Shown: positions 31,827 through 43,716 of the stretch, in pieces
Numbering within the stretch: position 1 is the stretch's first letter
Layout of the letters: each line of letters opens with the position of its first letter
Origin: Gloeobacterales cyanobacterium
GTDB lineage: Bacteria; Cyanobacteriota; Cyanobacteriia; Gloeobacterales; PMM-0068
DNA length: 64,000 nucleotides
Assembly: GCA_038245785.1 (NCBI GenBank)
Contig: JBBRSB010000007.1
Span: 87,338 to 151,337, forward strand
Direction of reading: 5' to 3'
The notes under the pieces: model-generated
Database searches by the model: none
What the model was told of the DNA's origin: nothing
What the model saw: only the letters and a program-made list of their open reading frames with translations
Position numbers and translations under genes: made by a program

Positions 31827-32197
31827 AGAAGTATTCTTAGAAACTTTTCATTAGCATAACGCTTGATATTAAGAACCGTATATTTTCTTGCCTTGATATA
31901 AAGTTCTTTGAGGAATTACAACAATGCTGCACATTCTTCAAGAATATTTCTCATAAGACTTCTTCTTTTTAATAAGGAATTCTGTACATTTTTAGAAATT
32001 CTCTGGACCTCTCTTCCATAGACAAACGCTCTCTGGGTAGAGCTTTGAAGCGATAGAGCATGTTGTCGCTCCCTTCCTGTTTAGCTTAGTAAAGTTTTAC
32101 CTGAGAAATGAATTTAGGTTAACAGCCCGTAATGCTTGCGCGTTAGAGGCTCCAAGAGTCGCGGTACACTGCATTTTAGGACGCAAGAAGTATCGCC

Positions 32198-32617
32198 ATG
32201 TCTGAGAAACGAGTAGAAGAGTTCCAAGCGCTTTTGGCCGGGAGCAATCGTGTTGGTCAAATCCGAGCAGCCCTTGATCTGGTTAGCTTAGGCAATCAAC
32301 AAGCAGAAGATATTTTGATTTCCGCTTTAGGCAACAGCAATGAACATTCCCGTGCCTGCGCCGCTATGGCTTTAGGCAAAATGAGGAGCGTCAGAGCCTT
32401 GCCAAGATTGGAGAAACTTTTGCAGGGCAATGCTTTCGCCCATTTTTTCCGAGAGCGTTCCCCAGAAGTACGGCAGACTATTGCCTTTGTATTAAGTCAG
32501 ATTAGTCAACCCAGTTCGATTCCAGCGCTGAAATATGCAGCGCAAAATGATGAATCAGCAGAAGTACGGACTGAGGCAGAAGCAGCTCTAGAGCGACTTA
32601 CCATTAAATCTACGTAG
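32198..32617 (+). CDS. HEAT-repeat (PBS lyase-like) protein
   Basis: RACAAMALG, VRQTIAFVL, VRTEAEAAL repeats. Confidence 0.75.
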   Translation: MSEKRVEEFQALLAGSNRVGQIRAALDLVSLGNQQAEDILISALGNSNEHSRACAAMALGKMRSVRALPRLEKLLQGNAFAHFFRERSPEVRQTIAFVLSQISQPSSIPALKYAAQNDESAEVRTEAEAALERLTIKST

Positions 32618-32788
32618 ATATACTTAGCTTTAATGGTATGCTGCAGGACAGTCAGCAGAAAGGGGCTCCTAGTATGCTTGTCTAAAATGCGTGGTTGTAC
32701 GCTCCCAAACACTGAGTTTATGCTGCAGTATAGAACCTAAAATCACCGCAAGTAGTCTACTTTCAAAATCGTGAGGGGTTTCCTTAAA

Positions 32789-34168
32789 ATGCGTGTAACG
32801 GTCGTAGGGACGGGATATGTTGGGTTGGTTACGGGAGCATGTTTAGCGGAGATTGGTCATCAGGTTGTCTGCATAGACAACAATGAATCAAAAATTGAGG
32901 CCTTAAATAAAGGGCACATCCCAATCTATGAACCTGGGTTAGAAGATATCGTCCGTCGTTGTTCAGGCAAAACGCTTTCCTTTACAACTGATCTTGGACC
33001 AAATGTCCGTTCTGCAGAAGTAATTTTCATTGCAGTAGGCACTCCCTCGACTCCGACCGGAGAAGCAGACCTTCGCTATGTAGAAGCCGTAGCCAAAGCA
33101 ATTGGTCAGCACTTAGATGGTCAATACCGGGTCATCGTCAATAAATCCACTGTCCCTATTGGGTCTGGAGACTGGGTCCAGATGCTCATTTTGGATGGGG
33201 CTGCTCAGGCAGTAGCGCAGCAAGCTGTCGGAGTGGGAGCAACTGCCTCCAAACCTGAGGAGCTAAATTTTGATGTAGTCAGTAATCCTGAGTTTCTACG
33301 GGAAGGCACTGCGGTCTGGGATACCTTTAATCCAGACAGAATTGTAGTCGGGTCCGGTAGTGCACAGGCAGTAGAGCTAATGCAACGCCTTTATAGACCG
33401 ATTCTTGACCGGGAGTTTGCAGCAGATAAAACCCTAGGTCCTGTGCCTTTTGTAGTCACAGATCTTTCCTCTGCGGAAATGATCAAGTACGCAGCCAACG
33501 CCTTTTTGGCGACCAAGATTAGCTTCATCAATGAAGTGGCTAATATTTGCGAGCGGGTGGGCGCTGATGTCACTCAGGTCGCCCGAGGGATGGGATTGGA
33601 TTCTCGGATTGGAACCAAGTTTCTCAATGCAGGACTCGGTTGGGGTGGAAGCTGCTTCCCGAAAGATGTTTCAGCCTTGGTCCACACCGCAGCAGATTAC
33701 GGCCACGAGACCAAAATCCTGAAAGCAGTGATTGAGGTTAACGAAAGCCAGCGGTACCACGTAATCGAACGACTCCAGCAAGAGCTGAAAGTTCTGAAGG
33801 GTAAAACGATTGGCCTTTTGGGACTGACCTTCAAACCCGATACAGACGATATGCGGGATGCTCCTGCTTTGACCCTGATTCATCAGTTGAGCAAGCTGGG
33901 CGCGAAGGTAAAAGCCTATGACCCCATTGTTTCTGCCTCCGGCATCCGAGAAGGTCTTTCTGATGTTTTGGTGGAAACTGACGTGCTCCGACTGGCCCAG
34001 GGCTGTGATGCCTTGGTTCTAGTCACAGAATGGAAAGAATTCCAATCTATGGACCTGGAGGCGATGGCTAATCTTATGCACCGGCCTGTCCTCGTGGATG
34101 CTCGGAACTTCTTAGACCGTGACGCTGTTTCCAAGGCAGGTTTCTTCTATATCGGGGTGGGGAGATGA
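32789..34168 (+). CDS. ugd: UDP-glucose 6-dehydrogenase
   Basis: [31 protein letters not shown]. Confidence 0.96.
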   Translation: MRVTVVGTGYVGLVTGACLAEIGHQVVCIDNNESKIEALNKGHIPIYEPGLEDIVRRCSGKTLSFTTDLGPNVRSAEVIFIAVGTPSTPTGEADLRYVEAVAKAIGQHLDGQYRVIVNKSTVPIGSGDWVQMLILDGAAQAVAQQAVGVGATASKPEELNFDVVSNPEFLREGTAVWDTFNPDRIVVGSGSAQAVELMQRLYRPILDREFAADKTLGPVPFVVTDLSSAEMIKYAANAFLATKISFINEVANICERVGADVTQVARGMGLDSRIGTKFLNAGLGWGGSCFPKDVSALVHTAADYGHETKILKAVIEVNESQRYHVIERLQQELKVLKGKTIGLLGLTFKPDTDDMRDAPALTLIHQLSKLGAKVKAYDPIVSASGIREGLSDVLVETDVLRLAQGCDALVLVTEWKEFQSMDLEAMANLMHRPVLVDARNFLDRDAVSKAGFFYIGVGR

Positions 34169-35118
34169 GAATTTTAGTTACCGGGGGAGCAGGCTTTATC
34201 GGCTCCCATCTCATTGACCGTCTCTTGGAGCAAGGTCATGAAATAATCTGTGTCGATAATCTTTTCACAGGAAGAAAAGAAAATATCGTGCAGCATTTGG
34301 ACAATCCGAAGTTCGAATTTATCCGTCACGATATCATCGAGCCCATCCTTCTCGAGGTAGACCAGATCTATAACCTGGCCTGCCCTGCTTCCCCAGTTCA
34401 TTACCAGCACAATCCTGTCAAGACCATCAAGACCAATGTCCTGGGAACCTTGAACATGCTGGGTTTGGCAAAAAGGGTAAAAGCCCGCATTCTTCAGGCC
34501 TCCACCTCTGAGGTCTATGGCGATCCTCATATCCATCCTCAGGAAGAAGCATACTGGGGAAATGTAAACCCGATTGGCATTAGAAGCTGCTATGACGAAG
34601 GCAAAAGGGTAGCGGAAACGCTTATGTTTGATTACCATCGTCAGAACAATGTGGACATCCGGGTAATTCGCATTTTCAATACCTATGGACCTCGGATGTT
34701 AGAAAATGATGGGCGGGTTGTCAGTAACTTTATTGTCCAATCGCTCAGAGGCGAACCGTTAACAGTTTACGGAGAGGGACAACAGACTCGTAGTTTCTGC
34801 TATGTAAGCGACCTTGTGGAAGGCATGATGCGCTTGATGAATAGCGAACACATCGGGCCTATCAATATTGGTAATCCTGGAGAATTTACGATTCTAGAAC
34901 TAGCTCAAAAAGTAAAGGCTATGACTGGAAGCAAATCCGAGATTATTTATAATCCTCTACCTCAAGATGACCCGAAACAGCGGCAGCCTGATATTACTAA
35001 GGCCCAAAATCTACTGGGATGGAATCCAGGAATCCCTCTAGAAGTTGGCTTAGAAAGAACCATCGGTGATTTCGCTCAACGGATGGGTGTTCAGACAAAG
35101 ATCAAGTCAGCGCTGTAA
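34165..35118 (+). CDS. UDP-glucuronate decarboxylase (UDP-xylose synthase)
   Basis: [44 protein letters not shown] overlap with ugd. Confidence 0.93.
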   Translation: MRILVTGGAGFIGSHLIDRLLEQGHEIICVDNLFTGRKENIVQHLDNPKFEFIRHDIIEPILLEVDQIYNLACPASPVHYQHNPVKTIKTNVLGTLNMLGLAKRVKARILQASTSEVYGDPHIHPQEEAYWGNVNPIGIRSCYDEGKRVAETLMFDYHRQNNVDIRVIRIFNTYGPRMLENDGRVVSNFIVQSLRGEPLTVYGEGQQTRSFCYVSDLVEGMMRLMNSEHIGPINIGNPGEFTILELAQKVKAMTGSKSEIIYNPLPQDDPKQRQPDITKAQNLLGWNPGIPLEVGLERTIGDFAQRMGVQTKIKSAL

Positions 35119-35168
35119 TTCCCCCTTCCTCCCTTAAATAAGGCTACGGTGTATACAGATCTTGGAAT

Positions 35169-35240
35169 CGCCCCCCTGCCCCCCAAAGTTGGGGGGTTCT
35201 GTACTCAAAGTCCCCCAACTTTGGGGGATTTAGGGGGCGG
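35169..35240. repeat. Inverted doublet of G/C-run hairpins (cyanobacterial small dispersed repeat type)
   Basis: CCCCCAAAGTTGGGGG and its reverse complement CCCCCAACTTTGGGGG, between convergent genes. Confidence 0.7.
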
Positions 35241-35261
35241 TTCAAATGAAGGGGGTTCTTT

Positions 35262-36857
35262 TTATAAGGGAGCAACTTTGAGGAATTTCACTTTGGGGTT
35301 GCGTTCTATCATATTGTCGCAGCCCCATTCATTCTTGAAGAGAATCACAAATCGACCATGCTGGTCTTTTACGCCAACAGTATCAAAGTACCAATCCAGG
35401 TTTGCAATATCCTCTGGCGTCCCTTCGATCCAGCGGGCTAGACGATAGGGCAAGGGTTCCAAGATAGTTTCGACATTATATTCACTTTCTAAACGAAAAC
35501 GGACCACATCGAATTGCAGTTGACCAACAGCTGCAAGAATCGGGTCTCGTTTAGCATCATCTTGGTAATACATCACCTGGACAGCCCCTTCTTCTTGCAG
35601 CTCACTCAGGCCCTTTTGAAATTGTTTGTACTTAGAAGGGACAGGGTTACGCAGCAGTGCAAAGTATTCAGGGGCAAACTGAGGAATGCCTTCAAACTGA
35701 AGTGAGGTCCCGGCACAAACGGTATCTCCAATTGCAAAGACACCAGGGTTCATCAAACCGACAATGTCTCCGGCATAGGCTTCCTCAACTATTTCACGGT
35801 CTTGAGCAAAGAGTTTTTGAGGGCGGGTAAGACGAATTTTCTTACCAGAGCGCATATGCTGGACGGTCATATCTTTTTCAAAACGTCCTGAACAAACCCG
35901 AATAAAAGCAACCCGGTCACGGTGCTTGGGGTCCATATTGGCCTGGATTTTGAAGACAAATCCACTAAACGCTTCTTCATCCGGACTAATCACTCCCTGA
36001 CGGGTCAATTGGGGACCAGGGGCAGCAGCGTACTGAATAAACGTATCGAAAAACAGCTGCACTCCAAAATTGGTCATCGCTGAGCCAAAAAAGACAGGAG
36101 ACAGCAGTCCTCGGTGTACTCGTTCTAAATCAAATTCTTCTCCAGCACCTTCTAGGACTTCCATATCGTCCAGGAGTTGCTTATAGAGTTCTGCACCAAT
36201 AAGCTCTTTTAGCGCTCCATCATAGAGGTCACGCACCTGGACAGGCGCCTGTTTCTTGCCTCTAGAGACTCGCTCGAAGAGGTGCACGCTGTGGGTAAGG
36301 CGGTCATAAACCCCACGGAAGGTATCTCCAGAACCAATCGGCCAATTGGCAGGATAGACCCCGATGCCCAGCGTGCGCTCAATTTCATCTAAAAGCTCCA
36401 GGGGCTCTCGGCCTGGGCGGTCCATCTTATTGACAAAGGTGAAAATGGGCAGCCCCCGCATCCGGCAGACATCGAAGAGCTTTCGCGTCTGAGGCTCAAT
36501 CCCTTTAGCCGCATCAATCAGCATGACCGCATTGTCTGCTGCCGCTAAGGTGCGATAGGTATCTTCACTAAAATCTTGGTGGCCTGGAGTATCGAGGAGG
36601 TTTATATACCAGTCGTGATAAGGAAACTGCAAAACCGTACTGGTAATTGAAATTCCCCGTTGTTTTTCCAGTTCCATCCAGTCAGAAGTGGCTCTGCGCT
36701 GGTCTCCCCGCGCTTTAACAGCACCTGCCAAGTTAATCGCTTCTCCGTAGAGGAGGAGCTTCTCAGTCAGCGTAGTTTTTCCCGCGTCGGGGTGGGAAAT
36801 AATCGCAAAGTTACGACGACGGGATACCTGTTCGGCAAGAGCGGTCAGAGCAGTCAT
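35262..36857 (-). CDS. prfC: Peptide chain release factor 3
   Basis: [58 protein letters not shown]. Confidence 0.98.
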   Translation of the reverse strand: MTALTALAEQVSRRRNFAIISHPDAGKTTLTEKLLLYGEAINLAGAVKARGDQRRATSDWMELEKQRGISITSTVLQFPYHDWYINLLDTPGHQDFSEDTYRTLAAADNAVMLIDAAKGIEPQTRKLFDVCRMRGLPIFTFVNKMDRPGREPLELLDEIERTLGIGVYPANWPIGSGDTFRGVYDRLTHSVHLFERVSRGKKQAPVQVRDLYDGALKELIGAELYKQLLDDMEVLEGAGEEFDLERVHRGLLSPVFFGSAMTNFGVQLFFDTFIQYAAAPGPQLTRQGVISPDEEAFSGFVFKIQANMDPKHRDRVAFIRVCSGRFEKDMTVQHMRSGKKIRLTRPQKLFAQDREIVEEAYAGDIVGLMNPGVFAIGDTVCAGTSLQFEGIPQFAPEYFALLRNPVPSKYKQFQKGLSELQEEGAVQVMYYQDDAKRDPILAAVGQLQFDVVRFRLESEYNVETILEPLPYRLARWIEGTPEDIANLDWYFDTVGVKDQHGRFVILFKNEWGCDNMIERNPKVKFLKVAPL

Positions 36858-36988
36858 GATTCTTCTGGGGTCCAAGCCTATACAGCCTAACAAGAATCAG
36901 GGAACACCGCTTGTTCCTCAATCGAACTAAATCGAATTTGTTATGAGGCAGGCATCGGACCTGTCTGATCCTTCGACATTAGGCTGAA

Positions 36989-37873
36989 CTAACTTGAAAT
37001 TCTTCTTAACTTACCCTGCATCATTTCTATAGTAGGAATGAGGCGCGATATTTTTTTGGAAATTGCTCCCGTGCCCAACAGATTCGTGGGTCTTTTACCC
37101 CTATACGCAGTTCGATCAAGGATGTCGAAAAATCGCTCCTTGAACTTATAGTCATAATCAGCATGCCAGGGCTTCACTCTGCCAAGAAAGTGAATAATCC
37201 CATCGTTAAAATTCTCAGGAGCCTCATATTTAGATGTATTCCATTTCGCCTCTAAATTTAGCCATTTATCTTCCACGACAATGTTGAGTGCATCCTGATC
37301 CATTCCATCAAGAAGATCGTACTTTTCAACCCCGATTTTGATTGCTCGCGAACCAACTTCATCCTTCCTCCAAGCATCAAGATCAATTAGCATGACTCCA
37401 GAGTTGAAATACAATGACGGATTTTTTAGCCCCAGCTTATCTTTGAAGCGCACAAGTTGAACCTCATTAAACGAAGAAATATCACGAACACAGCCTGTAA
37501 TATTCCCTATCAAATCAGTATTGTAGAGTTCTGTAATGTCTGAAAAAACAATCAAATCAGTATCTAGATACAGGCAACGAGAAAGATTGGGAAGATACTC
37601 ATCCATGTATAGACGAGCATAAGCTGTTTTACTTTTTACGAAAAGTGTTGTGCGAAAAGGGGCAACCTTACGCTCATCCAAAGGGAAAAATTCTATCGTC
37701 CCAGCATTTGGCATTTTCCAAGAATTAAGCAAGTCTAGTTGTTCGCTTTCCTTTAAGTTCACTGACAGGATATAGACATTGCAAGTCGTGCTGCAATGTT
37801 CGAGAACAGAGCGAATCGTAACGGCTAATCCCCACAAATTGTTGGAATCTGTTGCTAAAACAAGATTAATCAT
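36989..37873 (-). CDS. Glycosyltransferase family 8
   Basis: YARL, LYLDTDL, YFNSGVMLIDL, DQDALN, IIHF.G..KPW; AAGGA RBS. Confidence 0.9.
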   Translation of the reverse strand: MINLVLATDSNNLWGLAVTIRSVLEHCSTTCNVYILSVNLKESEQLDLLNSWKMPNAGTIEFFPLDERKVAPFRTTLFVKSKTAYARLYMDEYLPNLSRCLYLDTDLIVFSDITELYNTDLIGNITGCVRDISSFNEVQLVRFKDKLGLKNPSLYFNSGVMLIDLDAWRKDEVGSRAIKIGVEKYDLLDGMDQDALNIVVEDKWLNLEAKWNTSKYEAPENFNDGIIHFLGRVKPWHADYDYKFKERFFDILDRTAYRGKRPTNLLGTGAISKKISRLIPTIEMMQGKLRRISS

Positions 37874-38024
37874 GAAATTTTCCTTAATTGAGTGGCTGGA
37901 ATAATCATTTAGTAGAACTAGTTGGTTAGATGTTTGAGCGTGCGTCAAAATTTATCCTAGAGGAGCAATAGAGAGAGCCTTTTTTCTAGGATTCGAGTTG
38001 TGATTCTTATGCCGATTCCGATTT

Positions 38025-38864
38025 CTAAAGGCCTAAACCATACTTCATCTTGAGGGCAAGAAGAGATTTGAGGACAATCACAGGAAAAGCACTGTATCTC
38101 CTTGTCACCAACAAGAAATGATGACGGGCTAACCAGATAATTAGTCGATGCCGATCAATCACCAGAGAAGTCGCTGTCTTGGTTACGGACAGGTCATGGA
38201 TGCGATAGAGATAGGAAGGTTCGGAGAAACCCTTTACGGAGTATCCATACATGACATTCCAGATGAGGGCGATCGCATCTGCGAGATCGGTGTCGATCGC
38301 GGGCACTTGCTGGACTATTTTCGTGCGAAACACAAAACCGGGGAAGTTGCCGAAGTGCGAGTGTTTATTCGATAGAAAGATCCGGAGCCACCCACTATAG
38401 TCCTCTTCGGCGGGTGGTTTTGACCAACTGAGCAAGCCTCCAGTCTCTTTCCCCTCCGAATTGATAATCAGGGCATCACTGGCAGCGATACCGTGTTTTT
38501 CACTCTGGCTCAGCCAGTCGATCGACCGCTGGAGATGATGCGGCAACCAGATATCGTCGTCGTTGTGCACTGCAACGAAATGCGTCTCCATTTCCTGCAA
38601 GCCTAAGCGGAAATGCTCCATGATAGAAAGCTTGCCACTGCGCCGTACATAGCGCACCAGGTGATCGGGGTTGCGCTGGCGAAACTCCTCCAGCAGAGCT
38701 TCATTGGCCTGCGCCGATGCGTCATTCGTAGAGTTGTCCGAAAGTACCAAGCGCCACTGCCGATAGACCTGCGCTTCAATCGACTTGAGGGTCGAGGAAA
38801 GGTAATGGGGACGGTTACGGGCGAGCAGAAAAATAGTAACGGGGATCTCGGTAATAGTATTCAT
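38025..38864 (-). CDS. Glycosyltransferase family 2
   Basis: NRPHYL...SIEAQ, SDNS, HNDDDIW, YRIH. Confidence 0.85.
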   Translation of the reverse strand: MNTITEIPVTIFLLARNRPHYLSSTLKSIEAQVYRQWRLVLSDNSTNDASAQANEALLEEFRQRNPDHLVRYVRRSGKLSIMEHFRLGLQEMETHFVAVHNDDDIWLPHHLQRSIDWLSQSEKHGIAASDALIINSEGKETGGLLSWSKPPAEEDYSGWLRIFLSNKHSHFGNFPGFVFRTKIVQQVPAIDTDLADAIALIWNVMYGYSVKGFSEPSYLYRIHDLSVTKTATSLVIDRHRLIIWLARHHFLLVTRRYSAFPVIVLKSLLALKMKYGLGL

Positions 38865-39015
38865 CTGGACAGGGCCTCTGATCAAAATTAAGAGCTGTGA
38901 CGTCTTGGACGAGTACACCCAAAACCCTACCCGTCACAGCAGGACAGGCAAAAAGCATTGTCAGTGGATAACCAGTAGATAAATAGAGAAGAAGTAGACC
39001 TGGTAGTAAGGTTAG

Positions 39016-39840
39016 CTATTTAGTCTCTGGTATTTGTGCAGCAAAAGTATGAACTGCTTGCACCAAATCTTCTGGAGTACCAATGTCCAGGTAAGGGTCA
39101 CCATCAAAAATCTCTGCTTCTACGCGCAAACCGTTGTCTATTGCCGCCTGAATCAGATTGCCCATCGGGATTTCAGTTTGTTGGACTATATTTTTCTGCA
39201 CTGAATCAGCAGCAATCACTGCCAGATATTGATGCATGAATTCTGTAAAAACGGGGTTCCATACAGCGGTACACCAACTGTAGTGAGCAGTACTCTGGGC
39301 AGGTTTTTCTATGATCTGACGGACTCTCCCCTCAGTATCAAAGTCGACCATTCCTCCTTTCTCGGAATTTTCGAGGGGCCATACACCGACAACAACATCA
39401 GCCTTGCTCTTGAAAAGGCGTGTTAGCAAACGCTTAAATGCATCCTCAGGCTGAAAGAGAATATCAGGAAAGCCCAAGGCTATAACGGCATGGTTGACGA
39501 AAGGATAGGCCTGATCCAAGGTGTAGGGAACGCCAAAGGGCAAGCGCATCATCAGGTAGCCTAGATTCATATCCAAAAGCAGGCCATCCCCAAAATAGGC
39601 GGGAATATCCCATTTACCGCTGCGCAGTACAAAATAAGCTTTGCGGATGCCCGCCCGCCGCATTTTCTCCAGTAAATAATGACAAACGACTTTCGGTCTT
39701 GCGCTGCCATCTTCTAAATAGCGAAAGCCAATCGGGTACAGCTCTTTGCTACCTGGAAGAGGAGAGATCCGAGTCGCTTGTCCTCCTGCAGGTAGCAGCC
39801 CAATCACTTCCTGTTGCTCGTTGTCGTTGCCTACCATCAT
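39016..39840 (-). CDS. Sugar-phosphate nucleotidyltransferase (RmlA-like)
   Basis: GLLPAGGQATRISPLPGSKELYPIG, EKP, YLDIGTPEDL. Confidence 0.85.
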   Translation of the reverse strand: MMVGNDNEQQEVIGLLPAGGQATRISPLPGSKELYPIGFRYLEDGSARPKVVCHYLLEKMRRAGIRKAYFVLRSGKWDIPAYFGDGLLLDMNLGYLMMRLPFGVPYTLDQAYPFVNHAVIALGFPDILFQPEDAFKRLLTRLFKSKADVVVGVWPLENSEKGGMVDFDTEGRVRQIIEKPAQSTAHYSWCTAVWNPVFTEFMHQYLAVIAADSVQKNIVQQTEIPMGNLIQAAIDNGLRVEAEIFDGDPYLDIGTPEDLVQAVHTFAAQIPETK

Positions 39841-39864
39841 CTGTCAGTAAAAGGACACAACTTC

Positions 39865-41178
39865 TTACTTAACAGCCGCAGGTGCTTTTGAGGGCGCAAA
39901 ATACGCATTCTGTTCAGCCCTCAACTTATCGCAGAGTCTACCTACAGGCAGTTCCACATCCTCATAGGTGAGCACTTGGTCTTTAGCAACATCTCGTTTC
40001 AAACGACAGTCTTCAGCTAAGCCCATCGGTAAGAGGTTTTGCGCCCGCGTTATCTCAGCATTTTCACATTGACCATAGGTCATGTAGTAGCCAATCCCAT
40101 CCAGGGTTTCTCCTGCTTTCAGGTCTATTTTGGCTGTAGTGACAACCTCTACCAAGGGTCCTGCCAGAGGTGCCATAACGGCATCCTGGAACAGGACCGC
40201 ACGAGCCACAGACAGCGGTACCTCAAAGTGACAAAGATGATAGGGCGTGTAGAAACTGTAGAGCGGACCTTCTCCTAACTTGTATAAATTCAGATAGTGC
40301 TGCTGCTTTGGGTCATCGTGGGTTGCGAATACGAATACACCGGGACCAGGCTTGGTCCCAACCACATAATCAACAATGCCACCCAGTTGTTTGAGCTGCT
40401 CAACGTCATACATAGAGGTCATGTCATCAACATGTCCCTTAAAGTCGTATCCCAACATGCCGCGCTTAGCGATGGTCATTCCGGTGGCATTAGCCACTAT
40501 GGCTTGTTCAAAGGAGATTTTTGTCCCGTCGGCAAAGCTCGTCACCATGTGAGGTTTTTGCCCCCACTGCTTGGCAAAAGCTTCCTGCGTGGTTGGATTA
40601 CGGTACGGGTCCTGGAGACCTTTAATGTTTCCGCACAGTAGGGGTGTCAGTCCAATACTCTGGACGAACCGATAGAGGTTCATCTGCACGCCTGGTTGGT
40701 CTCCATCACAGGCCGTGAGGATAATACCCGCACGGTCGGCATAGACTTTGAGGATGGGACCAATCGTGCCATCCAGTTCAGCATTCATCAGAATGATATG
40801 CTTGCGCTGCGCAATCGCTTCCATCACAACATGAGCGCCAAATTCCACAGCACCCGTTACTTCGATCAACGCATCGATGCCCTCGGCACGACACAGCAAC
40901 AGAGCATCTTCACAGACGGCATACTGACCACGGACGACGGCATCCTCCAAATCGGTGATCGTTGAAACGACTTGAACGTCTTCGATTCCCGCTTCTGAAT
41001 AAGCTCGCTTCGCGGCATCCAGGTTTCGATTGGAAATTGCCACCAATTCCATCCCAGGGACTGAATTAGCAATTTGATTGGCAATGCCCCGCCCCATGAA
41101 CCCCGCCCCAATCATGGCAACTTTGATAGGGTTGCCTGCTTCAGCGCGGGCTTTCAATGCCTTATCGACAATAATCAT
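39865..41178 (-). CDS. NAD(P)-dependent oxidoreductase with C-terminal SAF domain
   Basis: IGAGFMG, GDQPG, SFADGTK, AKIDLKAGETLDGIG...LLPMGLA. Confidence 0.88.
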   Translation of the reverse strand: MIIVDKALKARAEAGNPIKVAMIGAGFMGRGIANQIANSVPGMELVAISNRNLDAAKRAYSEAGIEDVQVVSTITDLEDAVVRGQYAVCEDALLLCRAEGIDALIEVTGAVEFGAHVVMEAIAQRKHIILMNAELDGTIGPILKVYADRAGIILTACDGDQPGVQMNLYRFVQSIGLTPLLCGNIKGLQDPYRNPTTQEAFAKQWGQKPHMVTSFADGTKISFEQAIVANATGMTIAKRGMLGYDFKGHVDDMTSMYDVEQLKQLGGIVDYVVGTKPGPGVFVFATHDDPKQQHYLNLYKLGEGPLYSFYTPYHLCHFEVPLSVARAVLFQDAVMAPLAGPLVEVVTTAKIDLKAGETLDGIGYYMTYGQCENAEITRAQNLLPMGLAEDCRLKRDVAKDQVLTYEDVELPVGRLCDKLRAEQNAYFAPSKAPAAVK

Positions 41179-41726
41179 GCTTCAGCTCCTACAAGATCAG
41201 ATTTAAACAAAGGCCATGCCGCATCTTTTTCAGAAATTTCAGTCGCCGCTAGAGGCCAGGCAATGGCAAAGAAGGGGTCATTATAGCGCAGGCCCCGCTC
41301 ATAGCCTGGAGTATAGAACTCACCCACCTGATATACCACCTCAGCTCCATCCGTGAGGGCTTGGTACCCGTGAGCAAACATTTCAGGCACATACAAAGCA
41401 CGACGATTTTCTGCCGTCAGTTCTACGCCAAAGTGGGATAGGTAGGTCGGTGATTCAGGACGCATATCGATGATTACGTCATAAATAGCACCTTGTGTAC
41501 AGCGCACTAATTTAGTTTCAGCCGCTGGAAGTGCTTGATAGTGCATACCGCGCAGCGTCCCTTTTATGTGATTGAAAGACAAATTGCATTGAGCGACCGT
41601 GGGTTTTAAACCATGCTCTTCAAACTCTTTTGCACAAAAAGTCCGAGCAAAGAAACCACGATGGTCTGGCTTTTGTTCCAAATCAATCACATAGGAACCT
41701 TTCAGTGTCGTCTCGGTAAAAATCAT
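41175..41726 (-). CDS. rfbC: dTDP-4-dehydrorhamnose 3,5-epimerase family
   Basis: DHRGFFARTF, GTLRGMHYQ, KLVRC, FAHGYQ; start moved to ATG 41726. Confidence 0.92.
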   Translation of the reverse strand: MIFTETTLKGSYVIDLEQKPDHRGFFARTFCAKEFEEHGLKPTVAQCNLSFNHIKGTLRGMHYQALPAAETKLVRCTQGAIYDVIIDMRPESPTYLSHFGVELTAENRRALYVPEMFAHGYQALTDGAEVVYQVGEFYTPGYERGLRYNDPFFAIAWPLAATEISEKDAAWPLFKSDLVGAEA

Positions 41727-41769
41727 AGAGAACCTCAGAATAAACTCAGCAATTTCTGGAAAATCGGAA

Positions 41770-42627
41770 CTATAGGGGGCGTTGAGTAGACTCAGCTTCC
41801 TGACGTACGGGTCTGGGAAAAGTATCATCCCAATATTGGGTACAAAGTTCTGGACGCTTGGGAGGGTTGGCCGTGTAGACAAAAAATTGCGTTGAACGCT
41901 CTTGGGTTCTCAAGGTGCCGTGATGAAAAACGGCGGCCGTATCTACGAAGATAACGGTCCCAGCCGTTCCCGGACAAGACTTCCAGGCTGATTTAGGGAT
42001 GATTTGCTCGAGAATTTCATTATTGATGCCTAGATTATGGGACCTCCGCGCCCTCCAAAGCTTGTATTGCAGACGATAGTAGCTAAGTTGATATACAGAA
42101 GTTAAAGACAGCGGTACGTACTCAAAAGGTCCATGATCTTCTTCCACATCACTCAAGTAAATGATTATTTTGAAAATCCTGCGATCTTCTGAATCCCTAT
42201 GCCATAACAAAGTGCCAAATTGTTCTTTATTGGGGAAATCTTTGCGTAGGTGTACGCCATGATAGGCAATGGGAAGGCCAATATAATTTTCGATAATGTT
42301 CAGCAGCCTTTGTTCCTTCCCCCAACTATAAAAAGCAGGTAAATCTGTAACGGTGTAAATTGCTGGCCACTTCTTATTGGGTTCGCTATCACTAGCCATT
42401 CCCATCTTAGAGAGTAGATTACTACTAGCGTTGAGAAGTTCTGAGGTGGCAGTTAAACCTAAAGCCTGAAGTGTTGTGACGCAAACACCTTCTTGCTTAA
42501 GCGTGTCAAGAATAGGGCGATCACGCTCTCCAAGAGAGGGCAAATTGCGCGCATGCTTCAGAAGTGCAGCTTTGTAAACGGCATTAGATTTCAGATCCAA
42601 TATTTCATTTTTAATTCTACTAAACAT
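41770..42627 (-). CDS. 2OG-Fe(II) / PhyH-like dioxygenase
   Basis: WHRD, IYLSDV...GPFEY, GTVIFVDT...HHG...R. Confidence 0.8.
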   Translation of the reverse strand: MFSRIKNEILDLKSNAVYKAALLKHARNLPSLGERDRPILDTLKQEGVCVTTLQALGLTATSELLNASSNLLSKMGMASDSEPNKKWPAIYTVTDLPAFYSWGKEQRLLNIIENYIGLPIAYHGVHLRKDFPNKEQFGTLLWHRDSEDRRIFKIIIYLSDVEEDHGPFEYVPLSLTSVYQLSYYRLQYKLWRARRSHNLGINNEILEQIIPKSAWKSCPGTAGTVIFVDTAAVFHHGTLRTQERSTQFFVYTANPPKRPELCTQYWDDTFPRPVRQEAESTQRPL

Positions 42628-43597
42628 TGAGCTGGCCTCTCATAATCAGAATAGTAGAAAGTATCATTTCCCAGGCAGATACACCTTCTACAAACAAGAA
42701 ATAAAAGACTACTCGCACAGTCAACAGGGGATTTTTCATGAAAGACTTTAACAAAAATCTCAAGCTTGTTTCCTTAAAATTTTGGAAAATCATCCCATTA
42801 CAAAGTTGCGGAGAATATCCAATCTCTTTCAATTTCATCATAACTTCAGGTGTATGTTTATATTTCCAATATAGATGAGCGGCTGGCTCTTGTTGCCAAT
42901 AGCTGACACCTATAACACATTCGATATACGTGTCTTTAGTAACAATTACACTGCCCTTGGAAGCACAATAACCAGCAACATAGGCTAAGAATATCCAGTT
43001 ATCTGTAGCATCTTTCCAGCTTTGCAGAGCTTGTTGTGCCAGATCAGTTCGATATACTGAAGCAGTAATAAAAATTACGGCACCGACACTTCTACTCAAA
43101 CAATGTTCAAATATAGCTTTGCTATTACCTTCGCCATCTTCACTATCAGCGTCAAACCAACGGTCGCCTACTATTGTTGTGGGATTGAATGGTTGACCAG
43201 TAATTTGGTCACGACCGTGGAAATTGAGAAATAGAAGTGATAAATCCTCATTTTGCCTGAGTTTTGTGATCACATAGTTAATAGCGCTGTGCTGGATAGG
43301 ATCATCATCACCAACGGTCCAAACGTATTTAGTCTTAGCTGAATTGATGCAATGAGCAATATTTTTCCTTAAGCCAATATTTTCACTATTTTTGTTGTTA
43401 GTAAAGGGGATATCAAGGAACATCGCTTGCCACTTATTAATCACTTCCTGCGTATGGTCGGTGGAGCAATTATCAGAAACAAATATTTCACAGTCAGTCT
43501 CAAACCCTTGGATAGCTTGAGCAAGCCATGCTAACTGTTTATTAAGTAATTCAGCGCGATTATAGGTAGGAATAGCAATCGTTAGTAATTTATCCAT
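42620..43597 (-). CDS. Glycosyltransferase family 2
   Basis: LTIAIPTYNR, SDNCSTD, VGDDD. Confidence 0.9.
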   Translation of the reverse strand: MDKLLTIAIPTYNRAELLNKQLAWLAQAIQGFETDCEIFVSDNCSTDHTQEVINKWQAMFLDIPFTNNKNSENIGLRKNIAHCINSAKTKYVWTVGDDDPIQHSAINYVITKLRQNEDLSLLFLNFHGRDQITGQPFNPTTIVGDRWFDADSEDGEGNSKAIFEHCLSRSVGAVIFITASVYRTDLAQQALQSWKDATDNWIFLAYVAGYCASKGSVIVTKDTYIECVIGVSYWQQEPAAHLYWKYKHTPEVMMKLKEIGYSPQLCNGMIFQNFKETSLRFLLKSFMKNPLLTVRVVFYFLFVEGVSAWEMILSTILIMRGQLNV

Positions 43598-43684
43598 TTC
43601 TTGCTCCTTCTAAACTCTCAAAAATAAATGCGGTAGGCAAATAAGGACAGGCTTGCATACAAAAATATTAAAAGCGCCCAAAAA

Positions 43685-43716
43685 ATTGTCTGAGAAATAA
43701 TTGTTTCTCAGACAAT
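43685..43716 (-). terminator. Intra-cluster hairpin, intrinsic terminator/attenuator-like
   Basis: Perfect 13-bp arms ATTGTCTGAGAAA / TTTCTCAGACAAT followed by a T-run on the minus strand. Confidence 0.55.

Noticed and set aside
35149..35448. 99-aa plus-strand ORF
   Set aside because: Translation of the palindromic repeat and antisense of prfC
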